A stretch of 64,000 nucleotides of DNA from assembly GCA_965222115.1 (NCBI GenBank), contig CBDCTJ010000007.1:1504001-1568000 (forward strand). The letters are read 5' to 3'. Under the pieces are notes generated by a model. The model was given only the letters and a program-made list of their open reading frames with translations, was not told the DNA's origin and searched no databases. Positions 35,884 through 44,903 of this stretch are shown here, piece after piece (positions within the stretch are counted from its first letter, which is position 1; every line of letters begins with the position of its first letter). The position numbers and the translations under genes are program-made. Origin of the DNA: Planctomycetota bacterium (GTDB lineage Bacteria > Planctomycetota > PLA2 > JAEUHO01).

Positions 35884-38800
35884 ATGACTATGCTTCGAGA
35901 TCAATCTCGCACTTGGATCGTTGTCCTAGGCCTCTTCGCCGTTGCCGCGAGCAGTCCGTTGAACGTGGTGTTTGCGAAGAAGGACAAACCCACGCTCGAT
36001 GATGCGGCCAAGCAGGTTGTGGCCGAGGCTCTTGCAGACAAGGAGGATGCCGAGAACGCGGCCCACAATCTCGATCGTACATTCGCACTCAAAGCCTATT
36101 CGTCGGCCGCGCTCTTGGAGCATCTTCAGGCGGTAGACAAAGAAGATGCGAAACGCGCGCGCGCCGAGAGCCTTTTGTTGCATCTCTACTTGCGCGCCGG
36201 CAAGTTGCGCGATGCGTTGACGATTGCCGAGACGCAATGGAAGGATGGCGAGGCCGGTCGAAAGCTAAAGCTCGGCGAACTTCAAGAGGCCGCTGGTCGA
36301 AACGCGAAGGCACTGGATACCTATCTTTCGCTGATAGGCGAGGCCGGGGACGTCGGCTGGACCGCATCGCTGCGTGCGGCGCTCTTGCGACTTGATGGTG
36401 TCGCGAGCGCTGGGAAGACTGCCGACAAGAAGCCGACCGCCAACTCAAAGAAGCCCGAAGACAACAAAGGCGCAGACGATGGGGACAATGACAACGATCC
36501 GCTCAACCCGGTGAACATCCTCACTGAGGCGGTGAATCGTTCGCCCAAGTCCGTGCGCGAGGCGCGCGGCAACCGCGCAGCGATGGTGTTAGCGCTCACG
36601 GGCAAGGCGGACAAGGCGCGCGCGCTCTACCACGTTCCCAAGAACGCCGAGAAACCCGTGCGCGCGATGTTGCGCATGGCGCAGTGGTGCTTGCATGACC
36701 GTGCGTGGGACGAAGCGCGCACGTGGGCCGATAAAGCGATCGATGTGGCCACGCTCAAGCGGGATCGACGCTACGCCTATGCGCTGTTGACTGAGGCCTA
36801 TCGCGGGACGAATGATCTACCAAAGTTGATCGAACGATTGCTAGCGAGCGAGTCGTTATCTGATGAGGCACAGGATCTCTTAATCGAACTCCTGCGCGAG
36901 ACCGGGCAGCCCGAGAAGGCGTTGGCATTCTTCAATGAGGAAAAGCGCGCATCGTTGACACCTGAGATTCAGCGCCAGTTTCTTGAGATGTTGCGAGACG
37001 CCGGTCGTACCAAGGACATGGTGGCGCGCTACAAAGACGCCATTCACCGCGAGCCCGAACGACTGCTTTGGCGTTCGGGGCTGTCGCGCTACTACCTCGA
37101 AGAAGGCACGCCGGCGCAAGCGAAAGCAGTTTGGCGTGATCTCTTGGACGTGAGTAAGACATTTACCCCCGAGCGAGGACCGTGGATTCAGTTGGGTGCT
37201 GCCGAGGAGATTGCGTCGCAGGGGCTCCACAAACTTGCTCTTGAGCTTGGGGAGCGAGCGGCCAAGCACGAAGCGACCCAGTTTCCCGCCCTGCTTTTTC
37301 TCGCTGATGTGCATGTGCGCACCGGAAAGACAAAGTTGGCTGAAGCCGTACTCGATCGCTTTGACAAAGCGGCCGCGCCCAAAGCCAAAGAACGCCTTCA
37401 ACTGGCTGAGGTCTATGAGCGCCTGGGACGTAAGGATCGCGCGGCCACGGTCTTGGAGGACTTGCGCCGCGCCCGCGGCGAGGACAAGAGCGAAGAAGAT
37501 CTCGACATGCGCCTCGCCGTGTTGCTCAGCGAGGTCGATCGTGACGCCGACGCATTGAACCTCTGGCGCCACGTGTGGAAGCGCGTCAAAGCCCCTGCTC
37601 GCCGACAGTATGTGGAGGATCGCATACTCACCGTCGCAGCACGCGAAGGCGAACTGGCCGACATTGCAGTCGATCTCGAAGAGCGATTGGTGGCCGGAAA
37701 AGCCAATGAACGCGAGAGTGGGTTGCTGATTCGTCTGTATACGCGCGTGGGTGATCCCGTGTCGGCCGCCGAGGTGTTGGAAGAGCGCGTTAAGCGTCAG
37801 AAGTCCGATCAGGTCAAGGCGCTTCAAGAACAGGCGCGCATCTATCTCACCTGTACCGACTACTTCAACTACGAAGAGGTCGTTCGAAAACTGATTGATC
37901 TCGATCCCGAGGGTGAGCGCGATTATCTGCGTCAACTGGCCATGAGCGCATTGGAACGCGGACGTCCGCTTGAAGCGCGCGGTTCCCTTCGTCGCCTGAA
38001 GCAACTCGAAGGCGGCGTGGATGGCGCCGAGTTTGAAGCCGGCATCCTCGCGCTTGGTGGACTAAATGACGATGCCATGGCCGCCTATCGCAAGGGTCTG
38101 GCTGCGCATCCGGAACGCATTGAAGTGTATCTCCTGCTTGCCAAGACCATGGCCGCGGCGAAACAGAAGGACGAGGCGATTGGCATGTTCCAGTCGCTAC
38201 TTACAAGCGCAGAGAAGGACGATCTGTTCACCGTGGCGGTGGATGGGCTGCTCAATATGGAAGCGCCCAATCCTGTACTGCAATGGGCCCGCCGCCGCAT
38301 TGTGGAGCGCGTATCGAATCGCGTCCATCGCGTTTTCTTCTATCAGCTTTACGGCGATCTATCCGAGCAGTTGAAAGAAAACCATCGCATGGTCGTGGCC
38401 CTTTCCGAGTCACTTCCTGTGGCGGGCGAGCGCCGTGGTTCGATCCTGCGCGAGATTATGGACATCTCGTCGCAATCGGGCTTTTCGCCGTTCTACTACG
38501 GGAATCGGCGTGAAGAGGGCGGTGGAACCAAGCTTCGGTACGGTCGCCGACTACTTTTGTTGGGCGATGTGGTACCGCCTCAGGTGTATTTGGACCTTGG
38601 CCGCGCGTTTTTAGAGAATGATGAAGTGAGCGTGGCGTTGCGTACGTTTTCATTGGCTCGCGACCTGCCCGACTTCGATGCGTTTCGCAAACAAGTGGCT
38701 GAAACTTTTGAGACGGCGGGTTATTTGCCTGAAGCGCTCCGATTGTATCAACGCGCATTGATTGGCCGAGCGGAGAGCATTTCCTTGCTCAAGAAAATCG

Positions 38801-41800
38801 GCACGCTTCACGAGTTAGAAGGTCGGTATAAGGAGGCCTTTGCCCGCTATCGCCGCGCGATGAATTTGATTCTCTTGCAGCGTCCCTTTGCCGATCGTGC
38901 AGCGCTTGAGAGCTTTGATGATCGCCCCTGGATGCGGTATTGGGGTGGCAAGAACCTCGACGCCTACGACGAACACTACAGCGACACGTTGCGCGCCTAT
39001 CTAGCGACCATGCCGGAGGGCGTCGAGTTACAACCGGTTATCAAGGAGCATCTCGATTGGTTGGAAAAGGACTTTGCGGAGGTCGAGGAAGCGCTTGCGA
39101 AGCGCGCGAAGGCAAAGAAGCCCTCTGATGACGACTCAAAGATCCGCGCAGCGTCGTTTCCTCGCCTCAACAGCCGTATCAAGTTGGTGAGGCGACTCGC
39201 GCTAGCAACCGGCGACCGGGCGCTGGCCGACCGCCTTGACAAACGATTGATTTCGCTTTTTCCGAAAGACCTTTCGCTGGTGAAGACGCTGGTGCGCGGT
39301 CGGCTTGGTTGGGGACTTGTGGCGAGTGCGCTGACCATGATTGAAACTGCGTCGCTTGAGGAAGATGCCGCAAGTGAGTTATTCCTATTGGCCGGCAAAC
39401 AACCAGAAAAACCCTCCGTAGCTGCACTCGCACCTAGTGAAGCCGCGCGTGTGTTGCTGGCGCCGCTCATGCGCGGCGATGAAGACACCGTGCGATCGTT
39501 GTTGCGTCGAGTCGATGCATCGGATGCAAAGAAGGACGACATTCCTCATATCAAACTGCTGGCCAAGGCCGCGGTACACATGAGTGAGCATGAGGTGCTC
39601 CTGTCGCTCGGTCGCCGCTGGCTTCACTTGTCGGCCACATCGGGATCGGGATGGTCGCGCGGCAACGAGATTCGCGACGCGCTCGACTTCTGTTGGCCTC
39701 ACTTTGACGACGTATCACGGAAGAGCCTTGTGCATCCGCTAGGACGCGTTGTCGTGAAGGAGCCGAAAGAGGCGCAGTACGTTTTACCGATCATCGAGGA
39801 CGTGCAGTCCGCGCTCGATCTTTCGTTGTTGACCGAAGAGGAGGCTAAGAAGGTCATCGATGAGTTGGTAGGGGGAAAGCGCCGCACGTCGATGTACTCA
39901 GCCGCCAAGTTCTTTGCCCTGCTGCCCAAGGACGCTCACACGGAGTTTCTGCGCAAGATTTTTGAAAAGGAGCCCATAGAACGACGTGCCCGATCCGTGA
40001 TTTGGGCGCTGGGTCAGCTAGCGGGCAAGTTGTCCGACGACGCCCTGGATTACCTCGAAGCCACCATGCGCGGCAGCATCAAGAAGATGAAGCAACCCAT
40101 GCGTTGGTGGTCCTACGGCCAGACGCTCACATCCAATGAGGCCCAGGCAGAACTCAACTTCCGTTTTCTGAAGGTCATTACCGGTGACGATCCTGAAGAG
40201 CCGCCCCACTTGGCCGCGCTCGCCCTCGCCTATCGAACGATGGGGAAGAAGGAAAAGGCGTGGACGTATGCCGAGAAAGCGTTTTCGACGTTTATGGAGC
40301 GCGGCGCCGATGACTGGACGCTCCGTGCGCCGCTGAGTCGCGTCATCGATGTGTTTGGTGAAGACCACGCAGACGCGTTTCTCAAGGTGATCGACGAACT
40401 CGAGAAGAAGAACGGGCCCAACGAGACCACCACCACGTGGAAGCTCAATCTCCTTTCGCGCGACAAGAAGCCCGAGGAGGTGCTCGCGTTGTTGGAGAAG
40501 GCGCGGAAGAAGGACCCCAAGAACAAGTCGATTCTCAATCGCTTGCAGAATCAGTATCGAGCCATGGGCAGCCCCATGGACGCTATCAAGCTTATTCAGA
40601 AGCGCCTTGAGGATGCGCCTGACGACCAGGCACTCAAGAACCAGCTCTCGACCGCGTGGAGTCGTCTCAAACATCCGATCAATGCCGAAAAGGCCAAACG
40701 TGGTAAGGACAAGAAGAAGGGGCCCTCGAAAGAGGATAAGGAGCGCGCAAAGAAGAAGTTCAAACCCGCCACTGTCAAGCGCATTAAGGAAGCGATTGAG
40801 GGCAAGCAGCTCGACAAGGCGCGGGTGCTCATGCATCAAATGTGGCGCGGCATTTCGCCTGGCACGTCACGCAATCGCTATGGCCCGGTGATTTACTACG
40901 TCAATGGTGTTCCTCAGTTGCATGGGGGCGGCTCGCTCGCGAACGCGCTGTGGCCCGAAGAGAAGAAGAAGGATCGTCGCGTTCGGCGTGGCGGACTTCC
41001 CGATTTCGAGGCCATGCGGAAGGCCGAGGTCGAACGACGCGAAAACAAGAAGGCTGACCGGCGCCTTAGTGCCTATGAAGTGCTCGTTGATCATGAGTTT
41101 GGTCGTAAGGAGATCGAGCGCGAGCTGCGCACGATGTCAGGGTCGGGATTGGAAGGCGCCAGCAATCTGTTGCGCGCCCTCAATCGCAAACGTGAAAAGG
41201 AGATCGGCAAAGAGAAGCTGATCGAAGAACTTCTTGAGCGCGTTACAAGTGGTCACGCGCGCAGCGATACGTTCTATCGGTTGCTCTTGCTTGCCGAGGA
41301 TCAGGCCGAGGCACTCAGCGACAGCGGCGAACGAATCGCCACGAGCCTCATGACCAATGTCGCGCCCGACGATTCGCGCCTCATCCTTCGGTTGGCCAGC
41401 TGTTTGGCGGCGGCAGGCAAGACCGACGCCGTGGAGCGACTGTTGCGTTGGTGCGCCAGACTGGCCACGTCCGGCGGTGGCTTTGATCCCTTCGGCGGTT
41501 ACAGCCCGCGAGCGAGCACCCACGGTGTGATTCATGCGATACGAAAGCACCTAGAGGGTGAGCAGCGCAATCGATCGATCGAGGCGGTACTCGCCATGAG
41601 TGATCCGCGCAAGCCGAAGCTCAAGCGCAGCACCGATCGCAATCCGTGGAGCAACTTCGGTGCCGACGAGTCGTATTCGACGCTGTTGCTCAATACGTGG
41701 AGCGAGGTCATAGGTGCCGAGGCCACGCTCGAGCGATTTGAGTCCATTGTGAAGCGAGCGCTAGATACCGAACGATCGGTGCAGCGAAATGCGGCAGCTA

Positions 41801-42636
41801 CCGTTGCGCGTCTCGCGGCCGCGTCGGGCAACTATGAACTCGCACTGCGTGCATTGGAAGTCGCTGTGTGCGCCTTCCCCGACTGGTCGTTCCCCGATGA
41901 CGTCAAGCGAGACCCTAGCAATCGTTACTTCTATGAGCACCGGGAGCGTATCGCGCACAACTCAAGGGGAATCGGCTCCGATATGCTGTATGCCTTGTTT
42001 GTTCGTCAACCGGATGATGGTGAGGATGCGGTTGACAATGAGGCATCGAAGACCGATGCGGACGAAGAAGACGAAGAGGATCGCAAACCCGAATCAGACG
42101 AGGACGCAGACGACGATGAGGCGATCGACGCTGCTAATGCAAAGATCGTTTGGCTCGTGCATGCGTCAGAGACCATCGATGGGTGGGTAGAAGACAAGCG
42201 GCTGAAGGCGGCGGGTGCGTTTGGCGCTCATTGCGTCATCGCCGTCGAGCTCTTTCGTGCAGGGGCCGAAGAAGAAGCCGCGGCCCTACTTACGAAGGCC
42301 CAGCAACAAGCTCATGAGAATCCGCGTTGGGCGCTGTGGATTGCCGACGCGTATCGCGAAATGGCGCAAGAGGATGAGGCCATCGCGATTGAGCGCCAAC
42401 TGCTAAAGAGTCGAACAATCTACTTGGAGCGCGTGCCCCGAGTCGTGCGTGCCGTCTTGGAACAAGACGGTCCCCAAGCGGCCCTCAAGCTCGGCAACGA
42501 CGTGTCCAGGTTTACGCTGCACCCCGATCTTTTGCGCGTGCTCATCGAGTCTGCGTCTGCGGCAAAGGACGAGAAGGCCGAAGCCACGTGGCGGGCCATG
42601 GCGAAGGAAGCCTGGCCGAAAGACGTCTTCAAATGA
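35884..42636 (+). CDS. Giant (2250 aa) secreted TPR-repeat protein
   Basis: Signal peptide and all-helical TPR-like repeats (e.g. AMAAYRKGLAAHPE, ALRLYQRAL); abuts the VWA gene (TAAATG). Confidence 0.85.
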   Translation: MTMLRDQSRTWIVVLGLFAVAASSPLNVVFAKKDKPTLDDAAKQVVAEALADKEDAENAAHNLDRTFALKAYSSAALLEHLQAVDKEDAKRARAESLLLHLYLRAGKLRDALTIAETQWKDGEAGRKLKLGELQEAAGRNAKALDTYLSLIGEAGDVGWTASLRAALLRLDGVASAGKTADKKPTANSKKPEDNKGADDGDNDNDPLNPVNILTEAVNRSPKSVREARGNRAAMVLALTGKADKARALYHVPKNAEKPVRAMLRMAQWCLHDRAWDEARTWADKAIDVATLKRDRRYAYALLTEAYRGTNDLPKLIERLLASESLSDEAQDLLIELLRETGQPEKALAFFNEEKRASLTPEIQRQFLEMLRDAGRTKDMVARYKDAIHREPERLLWRSGLSRYYLEEGTPAQAKAVWRDLLDVSKTFTPERGPWIQLGAAEEIASQGLHKLALELGERAAKHEATQFPALLFLADVHVRTGKTKLAEAVLDRFDKAAAPKAKERLQLAEVYERLGRKDRAATVLEDLRRARGEDKSEEDLDMRLAVLLSEVDRDADALNLWRHVWKRVKAPARRQYVEDRILTVAAREGELADIAVDLEERLVAGKANERESGLLIRLYTRVGDPVSAAEVLEERVKRQKSDQVKALQEQARIYLTCTDYFNYEEVVRKLIDLDPEGERDYLRQLAMSALERGRPLEARGSLRRLKQLEGGVDGAEFEAGILALGGLNDDAMAAYRKGLAAHPERIEVYLLLAKTMAAAKQKDEAIGMFQSLLTSAEKDDLFTVAVDGLLNMEAPNPVLQWARRRIVERVSNRVHRVFFYQLYGDLSEQLKENHRMVVALSESLPVAGERRGSILREIMDISSQSGFSPFYYGNRREEGGGTKLRYGRRLLLLGDVVPPQVYLDLGRAFLENDEVSVALRTFSLARDLPDFDAFRKQVAETFETAGYLPEALRLYQRALIGRAESISLLKKIGTLHELEGRYKEAFARYRRAMNLILLQRPFADRAALESFDDRPWMRYWGGKNLDAYDEHYSDTLRAYLATMPEGVELQPVIKEHLDWLEKDFAEVEEALAKRAKAKKPSDDDSKIRAASFPRLNSRIKLVRRLALATGDRALADRLDKRLISLFPKDLSLVKTLVRGRLGWGLVASALTMIETASLEEDAASELFLLAGKQPEKPSVAALAPSEAARVLLAPLMRGDEDTVRSLLRRVDASDAKKDDIPHIKLLAKAAVHMSEHEVLLSLGRRWLHLSATSGSGWSRGNEIRDALDFCWPHFDDVSRKSLVHPLGRVVVKEPKEAQYVLPIIEDVQSALDLSLLTEEEAKKVIDELVGGKRRTSMYSAAKFFALLPKDAHTEFLRKIFEKEPIERRARSVIWALGQLAGKLSDDALDYLEATMRGSIKKMKQPMRWWSYGQTLTSNEAQAELNFRFLKVITGDDPEEPPHLAALALAYRTMGKKEKAWTYAEKAFSTFMERGADDWTLRAPLSRVIDVFGEDHADAFLKVIDELEKKNGPNETTTTWKLNLLSRDKKPEEVLALLEKARKKDPKNKSILNRLQNQYRAMGSPMDAIKLIQKRLEDAPDDQALKNQLSTAWSRLKHPINAEKAKRGKDKKKGPSKEDKERAKKKFKPATVKRIKEAIEGKQLDKARVLMHQMWRGISPGTSRNRYGPVIYYVNGVPQLHGGGSLANALWPEEKKKDRRVRRGGLPDFEAMRKAEVERRENKKADRRLSAYEVLVDHEFGRKEIERELRTMSGSGLEGASNLLRALNRKREKEIGKEKLIEELLERVTSGHARSDTFYRLLLLAEDQAEALSDSGERIATSLMTNVAPDDSRLILRLASCLAAAGKTDAVERLLRWCARLATSGGGFDPFGGYSPRASTHGVIHAIRKHLEGEQRNRSIEAVLAMSDPRKPKLKRSTDRNPWSNFGADESYSTLLLNTWSEVIGAEATLERFESIVKRALDTERSVQRNAAATVARLAAASGNYELALRALEVAVCAFPDWSFPDDVKRDPSNRYFYEHRERIAHNSRGIGSDMLYALFVRQPDDGEDAVDNEASKTDADEEDEEDRKPESDEDADDDEAIDAANAKIVWLVHASETIDGWVEDKRLKAAGAFGAHCVIAVELFRAGAEEEAAALLTKAQQQAHENPRWALWIADAYREMAQEDEAIAIERQLLKSRTIYLERVPRVVRAVLEQDGPQAALKLGNDVSRFTLHPDLLRVLIESASAAKDEKAEATWRAMAKEAWPKDVFK

Positions 42637-42712
42637 TGGTTGTCGTCGGATCGTTGCGAGTAGGTTGATCGCTGCGCGGCACGGACTACGCCGCCGCATC
42701 CGGAGGACGTGC

Positions 42713-44137
42713 ATGACTCAGATTCAGCTTCAAAGTTACGGGGCTTCACGCACGGTCACCGGAAGCCGTCATTTGCTTCACTACGGGAAGAAGCGCATAC
42801 TCCTGGACTGCGGGCTGTTTCAAGGGCGTCGCGACGAATCCAACGAACGCAATCGACACATTCCCTTTGCAACCGACGCAGTGGTACTCAGTCACGCACA
42901 TATCGATCACTCGGGCGCCCTGCCGAGTCTTGTCCGCAGTGGTTTTCGCGGAAAGATTCACGCCACGCCGGCCACGCGCGACCTCTGCTACTCCATGTTG
43001 GCTGATTGCGCCAAAATTGCGGCGTCCGAAGCCCGCTATCTCAACAAGCGCCGCAAGAAGAAGCGAGGGGATCCCAAGATTCGGCCCATTTACTCAATGG
43101 CCGACGTGAAACGTACGCTCTCCCAGTTTGTTTCGCACCACTATGAAGAGGAGTTCACGGTGTTGCCCGGCATTCGCGCGCGCTTCCGTGATGCCGGCCA
43201 CATTATTGGTTCTGCAGGTGTTCTTCTCACGGCAAAGGACGCTCCCTCGATCTATTTCACCGGCGACGTTGGGCGTCGCATGTATCCGATTCTGAAAGAC
43301 CCCGAGCCGCTGCCCACGGCCGATGTTGTGATATCAGAGTGCACGTACGGCACCCGAGACCATGCCAATGCGCGCATTTCGTCCGACGAGTTGATCGAAG
43401 AAGTTCGCCGCGTCTTCGCACGGAAGGGCAAACTCCTTATCCCCGCATTTTCCGTAGGTCGCACGCAGAACATTATCTACGCCATTGCGCAGGCCTGGCA
43501 CGAAGCCAAAGCGCCGCGCGTGCCCGTGTACGTCGATTCGCCTTTGGCCGAGAAGGCCACACACGTCTTTGTGGGCCATCCGGATTGTTACGACGAAGAG
43601 ACGGAGTCGTTTCTTTCAGAAGGCGGCAAGCCGTTCTATCCCAAAGGCGTGCGCTACGTTGAATCGCGTGACGAGAGTAAGAGCCTCAACAAGAAGAAGG
43701 GGCCCATGATCATCATTGCGGGCTCGGGCATGTGCGAAGCGGGTCGCATCGTCCATCACTTGAAGCATGGACTTGACGATCCTCGCAATACCGTGTTGCT
43801 CGTAGGCTGGTGCGCGCCGCATACGTTGGGACGGCGCCTCATTGACGGACGCAATCCCGTGCGTGTGTTGGGTCGCATGGTGGATGTGCGGGCTCGTGTC
43901 AACAAGCTCAATGCCTATTCCGCACATGCGGGCCGATCCGATCTGCTTAACTTCTTGGCACCCGCGCGTCGCAAACGCTCTTCGATCTATCTCGTGCATG
44001 GGGAGGAGTCCACATGCATGGCCTTCTCCAAGAATCTGATCGACGAGGGGTTTCGGCGTGTGGTCGTTCCGGAGACCTACGCGCGCTACGACCTTGCGCC
44101 CGCAGGTGCCACCTCGGCGGCGGCTGCAGCGTCTTGA
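42713..44137 (+). CDS. MBL-fold metallo-hydrolase, beta-CASP RNA-processing type
   Basis: GASRTVTGS, LDCGLFQG, SHAHIDHSG, AGHIIGS, FTGD, ECTYG, PAFSVGRTQ, GMCEAGRIVHH, SAHA, VHGE; GGAGG RBS. Confidence 0.93.
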   Translation: MTQIQLQSYGASRTVTGSRHLLHYGKKRILLDCGLFQGRRDESNERNRHIPFATDAVVLSHAHIDHSGALPSLVRSGFRGKIHATPATRDLCYSMLADCAKIAASEARYLNKRRKKKRGDPKIRPIYSMADVKRTLSQFVSHHYEEEFTVLPGIRARFRDAGHIIGSAGVLLTAKDAPSIYFTGDVGRRMYPILKDPEPLPTADVVISECTYGTRDHANARISSDELIEEVRRVFARKGKLLIPAFSVGRTQNIIYAIAQAWHEAKAPRVPVYVDSPLAEKATHVFVGHPDCYDEETESFLSEGGKPFYPKGVRYVESRDESKSLNKKKGPMIIIAGSGMCEAGRIVHHLKHGLDDPRNTVLLVGWCAPHTLGRRLIDGRNPVRVLGRMVDVRARVNKLNAYSAHAGRSDLLNFLAPARRKRSSIYLVHGEESTCMAFSKNLIDEGFRRVVVPETYARYDLAPAGATSAAAAAS

Positions 44138-44215
44138 GAATCGGTCGCATGAATCCACTCGCCGCTGAAGCAAGCGCAGTGGATTTGAAACGGCGGGATA
44201 TCCACAGCGTCTAAT

Positions 44216-44791
44216 ATGGGCCCGGCCGATCGGGTGACGGTCGCATGGAGCCCCGCGATTTCAGATCCATCCACCAAATATCGCGCACTGTCGAGTCGAT
44301 GGGCCGGCCTTATTGTGCGCGCCGTGTGGTGGACCATGCTGCTGCTTCATGTCGTGGTGCTCGCCTTCGTATCGGTTGCCGTCACGCGCGACGGCGTGTC
44401 GATGCAATCTGTCGGGGATGTCGTCGCGCTCCTAGGCGCGATCGCCTTCTTCTACTTCAAGGCGCGTGATGTCGCGTGGTTACGTATTGGCGGGCGAACG
44501 AAGGGGCTGGTCGTGTGGGCGTTGCTTGCGGCGCTTGTTCATCCCCCGGCATTTCCCGCCGACGGATCATGGGCGGAGGAGATCCCGCAGTCGTTGGTCG
44601 CCGTTTGTACGGTGGTCGCCGGCGTGGCTGTTGTGACCCGCGTCATGTCGAGTCGGTTACGCATGTCCGCGCCAAACAAGCCCTCGTGGCGACGGTTGTG
44701 GCAATCGGATCCCGCGCCCATCCTGGTGCGCACACACATGGCTTGGGATGCGCGCGGACCACCTCTGTACGCGTTACCGGTAATTTCCTGA
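44216..44791 (+). CDS. Small multi-pass membrane protein with C-terminal RGPP motif (candidate arrest/leader peptide)
   Basis: About four hydrophobic segments, two with His (LLLHVV, ALVHPP); RGPP at 44753-44764 near the C-terminus; upstream of the heme operon. Start uncertain. Confidence 0.65.
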   Translation: MGPADRVTVAWSPAISDPSTKYRALSSRWAGLIVRAVWWTMLLLHVVVLAFVSVAVTRDGVSMQSVGDVVALLGAIAFFYFKARDVAWLRIGGRTKGLVVWALLAALVHPPAFPADGSWAEEIPQSLVAVCTVVAGVAVVTRVMSSRLRMSAPNKPSWRRLWQSDPAPILVRTHMAWDARGPPLYALPVIS

Positions 44792-44903
44792 CGCGGATAT
44801 CGCTTCTTCGCGCGTTCCTCTTCTGCTGCCGGTAACCCGTGCGCCGCCCCTTCAACCGTGGGCGCCGTGTCTCGATCACGTGGTCCTCGAGAGCAACCAT
44901 CCC

